In this document: piece after piece, positions 30,433-43,439 of the stretch
Position numbering within the stretch: position 1 is the stretch's first letter
How the letters are laid out: each line of letters opens with the position of its first letter
NCBI GenBank assembly: GCA_964016885.1
Contig: OZ024740.1
Location: 184,884,001-184,948,000 of the forward strand
Direction of reading: 5' to 3'
DNA from: Eledone cirrhosa
Taxonomy: Eukaryota
DNA: 64,000 nt
The notes under the pieces: model-generated
The model's input: the letters and a program-made list of their open reading frames with translations, nothing else
What the model was told of the DNA's origin: nothing
Database searches by the model: none
Position numbers and translations under genes: made by a program

Positions 30433-31025
30433 TCATTATTGGCATCTAAATTGATTTATTCTATTCTTTTCTCTTTCTATTCTTCCAATCTCTTTCCACT
30501 TTCTGTTCTCTCCTTTTCCAGAGAATATTTCTAGTATTTCTATTATAATTACATCCACATCTAGTATGTCGTATATAATTAAATAAATCAAACCCAGCTA
30601 TTACTTGACTAATATCTTATTTTGTCATATAGGGAAAGAGGAAATGCCAAGCGACATTGGTGGGATTTGAACTCAGAAAGCTAATGAGCATATATATATA
30701 TATATCATCATTTAACATCCATCTTCCATGCTAGCAAGGCATATATATATATATATGCATATATGTATATATGCATATGTATATATGTAAAGCGTAAACA
30801 GAAATAACAAAGCACACAGCACAGAACAATGAAGAAATATATTGGTTCAGAAGATAGAATGAGAAATAAGATGAAATAGAGGGGGAGGATTGGAAAAAGA
30901 TTTTTTCTAGACAAAAACACGGATGTGTTCAGTCAGCCAGTTTGAATAATAAAAAAAACAAATATAAATAAATATATGTTGTTATTTCTATTTACACACA
31001 CGCACAAGCACACACACACACACGT

Positions 31026-31675
31026 ACATACATACATACATACATACATACATACATACATACATACATACATGGTGGCTGCCATCTCGTTTTCGAGTAC
31101 GGCCACTACTGTATATCCATGTAGGAGAACCCCTACCGATACGCTGAACGAGTGTGACTTTTTAGTCCAGTCAGCGACTTGAAAACTCTGGTACAAACAC
31201 TACATTTGTGACCATTATTGACACATAGTGCTGGGCCCATGGTACCATGTGACAAGTGCAGAGAGATCTCCAGATATAAAGCAATGCCTGTGCTGTGAAG
31301 CTTTTATAGTGAGCAAAGGCACTGCACAAAGCCAGTCCCACTCTCTTAACCAAGATGATATTTACCAAAAAGAAGAACAAGTCAACATCATTGGATACCA
31401 TCAGGGTTGCAGGTGTTATATCAGAGTTTTCCTTCTCCTAGAATTCTGCCTTGACAAAGGCTAAGGGGTCATCTCTCCCGGTGATTTTGGATGGATATTG
31501 ACCCTTAAGAGCCCCTTTGCCTTTTGACAGGTTTTGTTTTTAGTCCTGCAGGATGTCCAAAGCCACACTCCTCACCAAGAAACCTTGGTGGGGTTGCCAG
31601 TTTAGTCACCAACGACCCGACCATGAGACAGGTTGTACTGGGATACATGTTACCAGTAGCACCAACTGGTGACCT
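31026..31675 (-). mobile_element. Non-coding RTE-related element with (ATGT)n tail, inserted in (ATGT)n
   Basis: Bounded by (ATAC)n on both sides; carries ctaggagaaggaaaactctga, which I recall as an RTE 5'UTR motif; no RT ORF. Confidence 0.55.
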
Positions 31676-32179
31676 GACACATACATACATACATACATAC
31701 ATACATACATACATACATACATACACACACTTGGATGAATCATTAGCAATATCGTTTTACATTCACTTGTCCATGCTTGGTGCTTTGTCATGGCTCCTAC
31801 ATGACCATTTTACAGTAAGGGCTTGGTGATATCTGTCAGGATACCAACATGACAACTTTGCTCTATGGGCTGGATGCTTTTGTCGTGGCACCAAAATGAT
31901 TACTTTACAGTGTAGGCTGGGAACATTGGTAGAGAAGGTGTGTGTTGATTCCAGAGGTATGTATAAAGAGAGGCAGAGTGATAGGTCATTGGTGGTGAGG
32001 GAGATGCATTGAAATGGGGATGGAGGCAACATGTATGCTTCAGTCTGTACACATGGGCAGGCAGGTCTTCTACGTAACACCAGAAATTTTCATCCTGTGT
32101 CATTGCCTTTAAGAGTTACAGTTTTGCAAAATCAGCTTTTATCATCTCATCTCAAGTCTTCATGAGTACTCTCCACATT

Positions 32180-32723
32180 TTTATTTATATGTATGTATAT
32201 GTATGTATATATATATGTATATATATATGTATGTGTGTATATGTCTATAAATATATATACATATCTACGTATTATATATATATGTATGTATGTATAGATG
32301 TATGTATGTACATAAATGTGCATGTTTGTATATATGTACGCATATACATGTATGTATATATGTATGTATGCATATACATACATATATACATGCATATGTA
32401 TATATGCATATATATGTGTATATGTATGTATATATATATATGTATGTATGTATATGTATGTATATATATGTATGTATGTATATGTATGTATATATATATG
32501 TATGTATATATATATATATATGTATGTATATATATATGTATGTATATATATATATATATGTATGTATATGTATGTATATATATATATATATAAGTATGTA
32601 TATGTATGTATATATATATATATATGTATGTATATATATATATGTATGTATATATATATGTATGTATATATATATATATGTATGTATATGTATGTATGTA
32701 TATATATATGTATGTATATGTAT

Positions 32724-32755
<32 letters not shown>

Positions 32756-33215
32756 GTATGTATATATATATATGTATGTATATATATATATATGTATGTA
32801 TATATATATATGTATGTATATGTATGTATATATATATATGTATGTATATGTATGTATATATATATATGTATGTATATGTATGTATATATATATATGTATG
32901 TATGTATATGTATGTATATATATATGTATGTATATGTATGTATATATATATATGTATGTATGTATATGTATGTATATATATATGTATGTGTATGTATATA
33001 TATATATATGTATGTATATGTATGTATATATATATATGTATGTATATGTATGTATGCATATGTATGTATATGTATGTATGCATATGTATGTATATATATA
33101 TATGTATGTATGCATATGTATGTACGTTTGCATGCATGTATGTATGCATGTATATGTATATATACATGTATACAAGCATATATATACATGTATATATGCA
33201 TGTATATGTTTGCTT
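32180..33215. repeat. (TATG/TA)n satellite
   Basis: Direct reading. Confidence 0.95.
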
Positions 33216-33547
33216 GTATAAAATATAAATGAACAATTCGTGATTATTTATATATTCCTATTTACACCTTCTGATATTTCTTAAGTAAACTGTGAAGTCA
33301 ACTAAATATAGGTTTATGAGAAGTAAGCAAGTAAACAAATAAAATCACACCAAAATGAGATAGATATATACATTTCTGAAAAATAAAAAAAGATATGCTT
33401 GTAAACATGATTTCAAATATATACACACCTCAATGCATTCTTAGCAATTATACCTCAATTTATACATGACTAAATATTTGAGCATGTTGATTAATATGTA
33501 TACTTCTGTTATGTATGTGTTTGTGTGTATGGGAATGTACACACACA

Positions 33548-33588
<41 letters not shown>

Positions 33589-33751
33589 TTATATATATAT
33601 ATACTTATATATATTAGAAAGTGAGGTTTTTTTTACAAAATGAAAAATAACCGAGGTGTCCTACACGAGTGGAAGTATAAAGAGAAAGGGATGAAATCGA
33701 AAATGCAACTGAAGTCTTATTTTTTTTTTAAATATATATATTTATTTGGTT

Positions 33752-33789
33752 CCTTTACCGGTTTCGCAGTTCTTCTGCTTTTCAAAAGG
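33752..33789 (-). ncRNA. Minimal type I hammerhead ribozyme, U3-A8 core variant
   Basis: Minus strand CCTT-TTGAAAA-GCAG(AAGAA)CTGC-GAAA-CCGG-TA-AAGG. Stems I and II perfect, palindromic stem III ACCGGT, GUA site. Confidence 0.75.
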
Positions 33790-34335
33790 TGAGTTGAGAT
33801 GGAGGGTCTGTGGTTTTTCTCACTTCTTATATATATATATATTTATATATATATATACTTATATATATATACACTTATATATATATACTTATATATATAT
33901 ATACTTATATATATATATACTTATATATATATATACACTTATATATATACACTTATATATATATACACTTATATATATATACACTTATATATATATATAC
34001 TTATATATATATATACTTATATATATATATACTTAATTATATATATAGGTATATACTTATATATATATACATATATACTTATATCATTATCATCATCATC
34101 AAAATTTAACGTCCGTTATATATATATAGATATATACATATAAATATAGATATATATACTTATATATATATATATATATATATACTTATATACATATATA
34201 CATATATATATATATACATATATATATATACATATATATACATATATATATATACATATATACATATATATACATATATATATATATACATATATATACA
34301 TATATATATATATACATATATATACATATATATAT

Positions 34336-34807
34336 ACCTCTCCAAGACAATGTCACTGGACCGAGACCTTTGGCGGTACTCAGTAACAGAGAAGACCCGC
34401 CTTACCTAAATATATAGTAAAACGTACTCCAGCCAGTAGGCATCTCTAACAAAATACACCCCGTCCCACCACCACCACCCCCACCCCATCCACACCACCC
34501 CGTTCTATGTAAAGTTATGTTGGTGCCGCGCCATCCAGGCCGAAAAAAATGAGATCGTGTAGGTGTCACGACAAAAAAACACACAGTCCACGCTGTAATG
34601 TGGCCGTGTAGGCAACACGGTAAAAACCTCCCAGACCCACACTGTAAATGTGGTTGGTGTTAGGAAGGGCATCCAACTGTAGAAAACCTGCCAGACAGTC
34701 CTATGCGAGCAAGACAATCACTCTTGCCTCAAGTGGGACTACCCCCGTCCAAACCCATGCAAGCGTGGAACACGGACGTTAAACGTTGATGATGATGATG
34801 ATGATGA
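34336..34807 (+). mobile_element. RTE family B 3' fragment
   Basis: Reverse complement of 11445-11914. Confidence 0.95.
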
Positions 34808-34933
34808 TATACATATATATACATATATATATACATATACATATATATACATATATATATATACATATATATACATATATATATACATGTATATATATAT
34901 ATACATATATATATACATATATATATATATATT

Positions 34934-35009
<76 letters not shown>

Positions 35010-35010
35010 C

Positions 35011-35045
<35 letters not shown>

Positions 35046-35196
35046 CATATATATTTACATATATATATACATATATATATACATATATATATACATATAT
35101 ATATACATATATATATACATATATATATACATATATATATACATATATATATACATATATATATACATATATATATATATATACATATATATATAC

Positions 35197-35259
<63 letters not shown>

Positions 35260-35316
35260 CATATATATATACATATATATATATATACATATATATATAC
35301 ATATATATATATATAC

Positions 35317-35349
<33 letters not shown>

Positions 35350-35574
35350 CATATATATATACATATATATATACATATATATATACATATATATATACAT
35401 ATATATATACATATATATATATACATATATACATATATATATATATATGTAGGAGGTGAGTTTTATTGTAGTACAATAAAGCAATGCAGATATCGGATAA
35501 GAAGCACTCTACAGTTTGTAGGACTAGAGTATACATAATATATAAGATCAAAAGATGGTTAAAAGAGTTCCATG

Positions 35575-35645
35575 TATTTTATTATGCACATTTCAAAAAC
35601 AAATATCATCATGCAATAACATTTGTGTTTTCATCAGATAAAATA
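35575..35645 (-). ncRNA. Type I hammerhead ribozyme motif (left arm)
   Basis: Minus strand TATTTTAT-CTGATGA-stem II-GAAA-TGTGCA-TA-ATAAAATA. Confidence 0.75.
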
Positions 35646-35922
35646 GGAAGACATGATATGAAGGTTAAAAAACACTTGTGAATAGTGCAGTTTTAAATCA
35701 ACATATGAAAAATAGTTTTAGATTGATGTGTGTTATAAAAGCTATCTCATCCTTCCTCATTATACTCCTCCACCTCCACCTTTTACTCTCATCTCATCCC
35801 CCCCCCCCCCAAAAAAAAAAATGTTTTCCCAATATCACACAACAATCTAAAACTATTTTTCATATGTTGATTTAAAACTGCACTACTCACAAGTGTTTTT
35901 TAACCTTCATATCATGTCTTCC

Positions 35923-35993
35923 TATTTTATCTGATGAAAACACAAATGTAATTTCATGATGATATTTGTTTTTGAAATGCGCATAATAAAATA
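35923..35993 (+). ncRNA. Type I hammerhead ribozyme motif (right arm)
   Basis: TATTTTAT-CTGATGA-AAACACAAATGT..ATATTTGTTTTT-GAAA-TGCGCA-TA-ATAAAATA. 8-bp stem I, palindromic stem III, AUA site. Confidence 0.8.
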
Positions 35994-36043
35994 CATGGAA
36001 CTTTTTTAACCATCTTTTGATCTTATATATTATATATATATAT

Positions 36044-36766
36044 ATCATCATCATCATGATCATCATCGTTTAACGTCCATGTTCCACGCTTGCATGAGTT
36101 TGGACGGGAGTTTTCCCACTTGAGGCTAGAGTGGTTGTCATTGCTCGCATACGACTGTCTGGCGGGTTTTCTACAGCTGGATGCCCTTCCTAACACCAAC
36201 CACATTTACAGTGTGGGGATGGGAGGTTTTTACCGTGTTGCCTACACGGCCACATTACAGCGTGAACTGTGTGTTTTTTTTATGTGACACCTACACGATC
36301 TCATTTGTTTCGGCCTGGATGTTGTGGCCCCAACATAACTTTACATTGAAAGGGGGGGGGGGGGGATGGGGTGGGGGCGGGGTGTATTTTGTTAGAGTTG
36401 CCTACTGACTGTAGTAGGTTTTACTTTGTATTTAGGTAAGGCGGGTCTTCTCTATCACTGAGTACCGCCAAAGGTCTCGGTCCAGTGACATTGTCTTGGT
36501 GAGGTGTAAGTGTGTGAGGTCGGAATTTATCAGCTCGTCCCAGGTTTTTCTGGGTCTGCCTATTCCGTGGCTACCGTCTTTCTTTATTGCCCTGCACTTT
36601 GTTATACAGCTATCGTCCTTAATGTGCATCACGTGACCATACCAACGTAGCCTTCTCTCGAGTAAACAACATCTGATCTCTCTTATTTCTAATTTTTTCC
36701 TTAGTTCGTTTATGCTTTGCCGTTCACGTATATTACTGTTACACATCCAGCGGAGCATGCAAGCTT
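36044..36766 (-). mobile_element. RTE family B 3' fragment (diverged subfamily)
   Basis: Encodes [24 protein letters not shown]; 3'UTR and tail present. Confidence 0.95.
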
Positions 36767-36912
36767 ATATACATATTTTTATACACATGTACATATATGT
36801 ATATAGGTATATATACATATATATATACACATATATATATATATATGCATATATATATATACATATATATACATATATATATATACATATATATATACAT
36901 ATATATATATAC

Positions 36913-36955
<43 letters not shown>

Positions 36956-37256
36956 TATATACATACATATATACATATATATATACATATATATATACAT
37001 ATATATATACATATAAATATATACATACATATATATATACATATATATATACATATATATATACATATATATATACATATATATATACATATATATATAT
37101 ATACACACATATATATATATATATGCATATATATATATACATATATATACATATATATATATACATATATATATACATATATATATACATATATATACAT
37201 ATATATATATACATATATATATATATACATATATATACATATACATATATATATAT

Positions 37257-37824
37257 ACACGTGATGCGCATGAAAGTCGATAGCTGTATAACAAAGTGCA
37301 GGGCAATGAAGATAGACGGTAGCCACGGAATAGGCAGACCTAGAAAAACCTGGGATGAGCTGATAAACTCCGACCTCACACACTTACACCTCTCCAAGAC
37401 AATGTCACTGGACCGAGACCTTTGGCGGTACTCAGTAACAGAGAAGACCCGCCTTGCCAGTAGGCATCTCTAACAAAATACACCCCGTCCCGCCACCACC
37501 CCCACCCCATCCACACCACCCCGTTCTATGTAAAGTTATGTTGGTGCCGCGCCATCCAGGCCAAAACAAATGAGATCGTGTAGGTGTCACGACAAAAAAA
37601 CACACAGTCCACGCTGTAATGTGGCCGTGTAGGCAACACGGTAAAAACCTCCCAGACCCACACTGTAAATGTGGTTGGTGTTAGGAAGGGCATCCAACTG
37701 TAGAAAACCTGCCAGACAGTCCTATGCGAGCAAGACAATCACTCTTGCCTCAAGTGGGACTACCCCCGTCCAAACCCATGCAAGCATGGAACACGGACGT
37801 TAAACGTTGATGATGATGATGATG

Positions 37825-37825
<1 letters not shown>
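37257..37825 (+). mobile_element. RTE family B 3' fragment with ~28-bp deletion over the stop codon
   Basis: [13 protein letters not shown]; cgcctt|gccagtagg junction. Confidence 0.95.
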
Positions 37826-37855
<30 letters not shown>

Positions 37856-37890
<35 letters not shown>

Positions 37891-37973
37891 GGTTTAGCGA
37901 CCGTGCTGCACGCTTGCATGGGTTTGGACGGGGGTTTTCCCACTTGAGGCAAGAGTGGTTGTCTTGCTCGCAT
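37856..37973 (-). mobile_element. RTE family B tail fragment
   Basis: (TCA)n plus cacgcttgcatgggtttggacgg. Confidence 0.85.
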
Positions 37974-37976
37974 ATA

Positions 37977-38008
<32 letters not shown>

Positions 38009-38025
38009 CATATATATACATATAC

Positions 38026-38072
<47 letters not shown>

Positions 38073-38087
38073 CATATATATATATAC

Positions 38088-38118
<31 letters not shown>

Positions 38119-38779
38119 CATATATATACATATATATATACATATATAACCACGTGTTGCTACACACAAGGGAAAGAGAAAAATTATGAGACCAATAGAG
38201 ATATGTACATTTATATTTATATCTAAATATTGCTATTATCATTTACAGTCCCTCTGTGTTTAATGTATGTTCATTAGTATATGTGTTGTTATTTCGGCTT
38301 ACATTTTACATACATATATATCAATGCTTACGTGAACCTCTAAAAAATTCGTTGGATTTTCTAATTGGATAGCACGAAACTGGATACCAACACTGAATAC
38401 ACCTGAACTTCTACCAGGAAATCTTTTGTATCATTGAAAATTTTCTTTTCTTTGCTTCTTATATATATATATGATATGTACTTGTCCCCCATTGCAAAAG
38501 GCCATAAATTCAAAATTTTGAAGAGAGAGGAAAAGAGACAAGTGATCTATGAACTTGTACATCTCACTGACACCCCCCCCCCCGCCACCACAATAACAAT
38601 AACGTCTACACTCGCTCCCACCATCACCACAGTACTCATTACTCTATCTAAGGTGGCTGACCTGTTCCTTGTTCCCTGTTGACATACTGTTGACTCTTTT
38701 CTTTTGATGTATGTATGTGTATATACATATATATATGTGTGTGTATATGTATATCTCAGTGGATGCGACCAGATTTCAA

Positions 38780-39110
38780 CACAGCAACAACTACAACAAC
38801 AACAGCAGCAACAACAACAACAACAACGGCAACAACACCATTGTCTGTGTTGAATGTGTGTGTATGTATGTATTTGTATATATGCGACAGCAATAACAGC
38901 ATCAACACCATTGTCTGCAGCAACAGCAGCAGTGAAATGAAGAAGAAGAAGAACAACAACAACATCGACAACAGCAACAACAACAACAACAGCAGCAGCA
39001 GCAACTACAATAACAACTACAGCACCAACAACTGCCACCACCATCACTGACCATCCACCACCACCACACTGACACCAACCACCACCATTCACCACCACCA
39101 ACATTACCAG
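38780..39110. repeat. (CAA/CAG)n and (CAC)n trinucleotide tracts
   Basis: Direct reading. Confidence 0.9.
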
Positions 39111-39211
39111 CATAAAGCAAACAATTATTATTATTATTATATACAAGCTGAACTGGACTGGGAAAGGTCAACAGTTGACATGATTTTGATTTTGATTTTG
39201 TATTTGGATCA

Positions 39212-39529
39212 GTCATCATCATCATCACTCGTCGACTACTGTCGAGATGATGGATCTCACTCTCATACCCAGAATCCCCTGTCCCCCATCGCTGCCCCCA
39301 GGTCCTGTCTGCTGATTCCCGTATCCCTAGAGATAACGTCAGGGAATGACAGCTTCCTACTCCTTGTCAGGCTGGAGTCAGGGTTCCAGTGCAAGAGAGC
39401 GGATATGATTTCATTGCTGGCACGGTGACAGTGGCCAGCAAATTGATCTCTCCGGGATTTTAGAAGGGCAGAGGCTCGAGGGAGTTTGCCATAGATTTTA
39501 GACAAGGTGGGATGTTGTACTGTTGGTAA
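39212..39529 (-). mobile_element. 3' end of another RTE-like LINE (family D)
   Basis: QHPTLSKIYGKLP..RRDQFAGHCHRA..LLHWNP..ISRDTG..AMGDRGFW*, then (TGA)n tail. Confidence 0.8.
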
Positions 39530-39689
39530 TATATATATATATATATATGTGTGTGTTTGTGAGTGGTGTGTGTGATTGTATGCATGAATGAGTTTTGGTA
39601 TGTGAGTGGCATGTGTGTGGTTGTGGTTTGTATGCATGAGTGTTGGTGTGTGGGTGTGTGTGTGTGCGTCATGTCAATAAGGTTGTTTT

Positions 39690-41268
39690 TTTGTTTTTTT
39701 TATGACCATGCTGTAAAATGGAGGGGTAGAGAGGGCCCTTGAGTCTAGTAAAACATCCTCTCTAGTGCTAGTGGCACAAATAAAAGTACCCAGTCCATGC
39801 TGTAAAGTGGCGCTGGTGTTAGGAAGGGCATACAACCAGTGTATCAATGACAAAACGCTTATCAGCACAGCAACAAATAGGAACAACAACAAAATATGAA
39901 GACGTCGCATCTCAGAGTTGCAACACTTAATGTTGGCACTCTTGGAGGTAGATCTGCTGAAATAGCGGAGATGCTGGAGAGAAGGCAGGTGGATGTGTGC
40001 TGCGTGCAAGAGGTGAGATGGAGAGGTACCTCTGCGAGACTAGTTGTAGCTATAAGCTATTCTGGGTAGGTAAGGATGATGGGTTAGGGGGAGTAGGCAT
40101 TTTCCTGGCTGAGAAATGGATCAATAAGACAATAGAAGTAGTTCGAGTTAGTAATCGAATAATTAAGCTTAGATTAGTTGTAGGTAGGAGACTACTGACA
40201 ATCATCTCGGCCTATGCTCCCCAAGTAGGCCTAGGCAAAGATGAGAAAGACTGCTTTTATGAGCAACTTTTGCAAACAACCGCAATGACAGAGGACGGAG
40301 ACATCGTTATGCTAGCAGGAGACTTCAATGGTCATGTTGGACAGCTCCAGGATGGTAACACTGGGGTACATGGTGGGCACGGTTACGGTTCAAGAAATGA
40401 AGGAGTGAGACTTCTTGAATTTTGTGATGCAGGTACATTGACTATTTGCAACACAAACTTCCAGAAACCTGCCAATCACCTAATAACCTACAAATCTGGT
40501 GAGCACATAAGCCAGATTGACTTTTTACTAGTTAGGCAGTGGGACAGGCAGATAGTGTCTAATACCAAGGCATACCCTGGGGAAGAATGTACTCCACAGC
40601 ATAGGTTAGTTGTTAGTGATATCTCAGTAAGCAAGAGATGGTATGAGACATATAGGAAGGTGTGGAGAAGAAAGGTCTGGAAGCTAAAAGACCTTTCACT
40701 AAAATACAAATTTAGGAAAGCCTTTCAAGATGTATATGACGAAAAAGAAGACGATTTAGAGACGTATGACATAGATAATAACTGGAATTTCTTACGTGAC
40801 AACTTGCTGCAGGCTACTGATGAAACTTGTGGCTGGAGCAGAGCTCCAATCAGACAGAGAGTGACCTGGTGGTGGAACAGCACAGTAGATAAGGCTATTA
40901 GAGACAAAAGACTAGCATGGAAGGCTTGGAAAAAGGGTGGGAGTAGGGAAGAATATACAGCCACTAAGAGAGAAGCTAGACGTCAGGTGTACTTAGCACG
41001 CAGGGAGGCAGAGAGTAGGAGGTTTGCCAATGTTCTGCGACGGGAAGATCAGAGGCGTGCGGTGTTTCACATTGCAAGGCAGTGTGTCAATGCAAATCAA
41101 GATGTTGTTGGAGATAAATGTGTCCGGGATGATGCCGGTGTACTTAGTTTCACGAATGATCAGAAAAAGGAGGCCTGGAAATGTCATTATGAGAGACTGA
41201 TGAATGTGGAGAACAAATGGGAGAGAGAGAAATTACCCTTGGTAGATCCGACAGAGGGACCAGCTATT
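39690..41268 (+). mobile_element. RTE family A 5' portion (leader, AP endonuclease, linker), 3'-truncated
   Basis: ATG at 39896 gives MKTSHLRVATLNVGT..VQEVRW; frameshift near 40045; then SAYAPQ, AGDFNGH and QIDF. Homology to the 44591 copy stops at 41268. 5' boundary approximate. Confidence 0.9.
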
Positions 41269-41513
41269 TTTGGATTAACAAAGGCAGAAAGAATTCTACC
41301 CAATAGAGTCTTCTTCAAAATGGTAGGCATTAAGAAAGGCATCCTTTCATCCACTGAACTTTATGAAAAAACTTGAAAAATGAAAATAAAAATAAACTAT
41401 AGCTTTGTAGAATTAGCTTTTAATGAATTCCCTTTTCTATCAACCAATGACCTACACCCACCCCACTCCCCACCCTCTCCTACCACTTGTAGAGACCTAT
41501 AAATACCATACTT

Positions 41514-41560
41514 ATTCCTGATGATTTCTACAGAATGAAACAGTTCTAGTCCTGTAGAAT
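41514..41560 (+). ncRNA. Type I hammerhead ribozyme motif in a ~130-bp repeat (41514-41643)
   Basis: ATTC-CTGATGA-T-TTC(TACA)GAA-T-GAAA-CAG(TTCTAGTC)CTG-TA-GAAT. GUA site; U-U at base of stem II; further copies at 43440, 52093 and 52147. Confidence 0.7.
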
Positions 41561-41694
41561 CTCATCTATATTAATACTTTTATACTCTGCAATGTATTGA
41601 GTACCTTACTTACTGTGGTTACCTCCGATTCAACCCGGAATAATATACATATATATATATATACATATATATATATACATATATATATATATGC

Positions 41695-41748
<54 letters not shown>

Positions 41749-41892
41749 ACATATATATATATACATATATATATATACGTATATATATATACATATATAT
41801 ATATACATATATATATATACATATATATATATACGTATATATATATACATATATATATATATACATATATACATATACATATATATATATAC

Positions 41893-42001
<109 letters not shown>

Positions 42002-42006
42002 CATAC

Positions 42007-42053
<47 letters not shown>

Positions 42054-42058
42054 CATAC

Positions 42059-42347
42059 ATCATCATCATCATCATCATTGTTTAACGTCCGTGTTCCACG
42101 CTTGCATGGGTTTGGACGGGGGTTTTCCCACTTGAGGCAAGAGTGGTTATCTTGCTCGCATAGGACAATCTGGCGGGTTTTCTACAGCTGGATTCCCTTC
42201 CTAACACCAACCACATTTACAGTGTGGGGCTGGGAGGTTTTTACCGTGTTGCCTACACGGCCACATTACAGCGTGAACTGTGTGTTCTTTTACGTGACAC
42301 CTACACGATCTCATTTGTTTCGGCCTGGATGTTGTGGCACCAACATA

Positions 42348-42348
<1 letters not shown>
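42059..42348 (-). mobile_element. RTE family B 3'UTR fragment
   Basis: Matches 36044-36338. Confidence 0.92.
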
Positions 42349-42430
<82 letters not shown>

Positions 42431-42462
42431 TATATACATATATATATACATATATATATATA

Positions 42463-42682
42463 TAAGTATGTACACGTACATACATATATGTATACAGACT
42501 TACAGTAGTGTGTATATATATAAACAAACATCCCGTATTAAGTGTGTTTACAAACACACCGAGCATTATAATAAATGTTCGGTGAATCCATACGTACATA
42601 TATATATGTGTGCATGTATGTATATATATATACATACTACTGTACGTCTGTATACATGTATGTATGTACGTGTACATACTTA
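42463..42682. repeat. Foldback with ~60-bp inverted arms (42463-42522 / 42621-42682)
   Basis: taagtatgtacacgtac..cagacttacagtag versus ctactgtacgtctg..gtacgtgtacatactta. Confidence 0.85.
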
Positions 42683-42774
42683 TATATATATATATTCACA
42701 TATCACGATAAATTAACGGAGGCATTGGTGTGTTACCTTCTCAACATATTATATATTCACATATATATATATAT

Positions 42775-42822
42775 ATCATCATCATCATCATTTTACGTCC
42801 GCTTTTCCCTGCTTGCAAGGGT
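42775..42822 (-). mobile_element. Extreme 3' tip of family A or SINE family 1
   Basis: (TCA)n ttttacgtccgcttttccctgcttgcaagggt. Confidence 0.85.
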
Positions 42823-42921
42823 ATTCACACATATATATATATATGTATTCACATATATATATATATATTCACATACATATATATTCATATATATGTATTC
42901 ACATATATATATATATATATA

Positions 42922-42955
<34 letters not shown>

Positions 42956-43093
42956 CACATATATATATATGTATTCACAATATATATATATATATATATT
43001 CACATATATATATTCACACATATATATATATGTATTCACAATATATATATATATATATATATTCACATATATATATATATATTCACATATATA

Positions 43094-43135
<42 letters not shown>

Positions 43136-43439
43136 TATATATCTATATATCTATATATATATATATATATATATATCATATATATCATATATATCTATAT
43201 ATATATATATATATATATATCATATATATCATATATATCTATATATATATATATATATATATATCATATATATCTATATATCTATATATATATTATATAT
43301 ATATATATCATGTATATATATATATCATATATATATCATATATATATATCATATATATATGATATATATATATCATATATATATCATATATCATATATAT
43401 ATATATATATATATATCATATATATATATATATATATAG

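Larger units (their letters stand above)
35535..36033. repeat. Long inverted repeat: ~202-bp arms (35535-35736 / 35832-36033), 95-bp spacer
   Basis: Arms are reverse complements with a few mismatches. Confidence 0.95.

Noticed and set aside
38335-38392. Possible decayed hammerhead (ctaaaaa..hairpin..cgaaactgg)
   Set aside because: Too many core mismatches and no stem I
38547-39228. Poly-Cys, poly-Thr or poly-Asn protein
   Set aside because: Trinucleotide microsatellites with no splice or domain support
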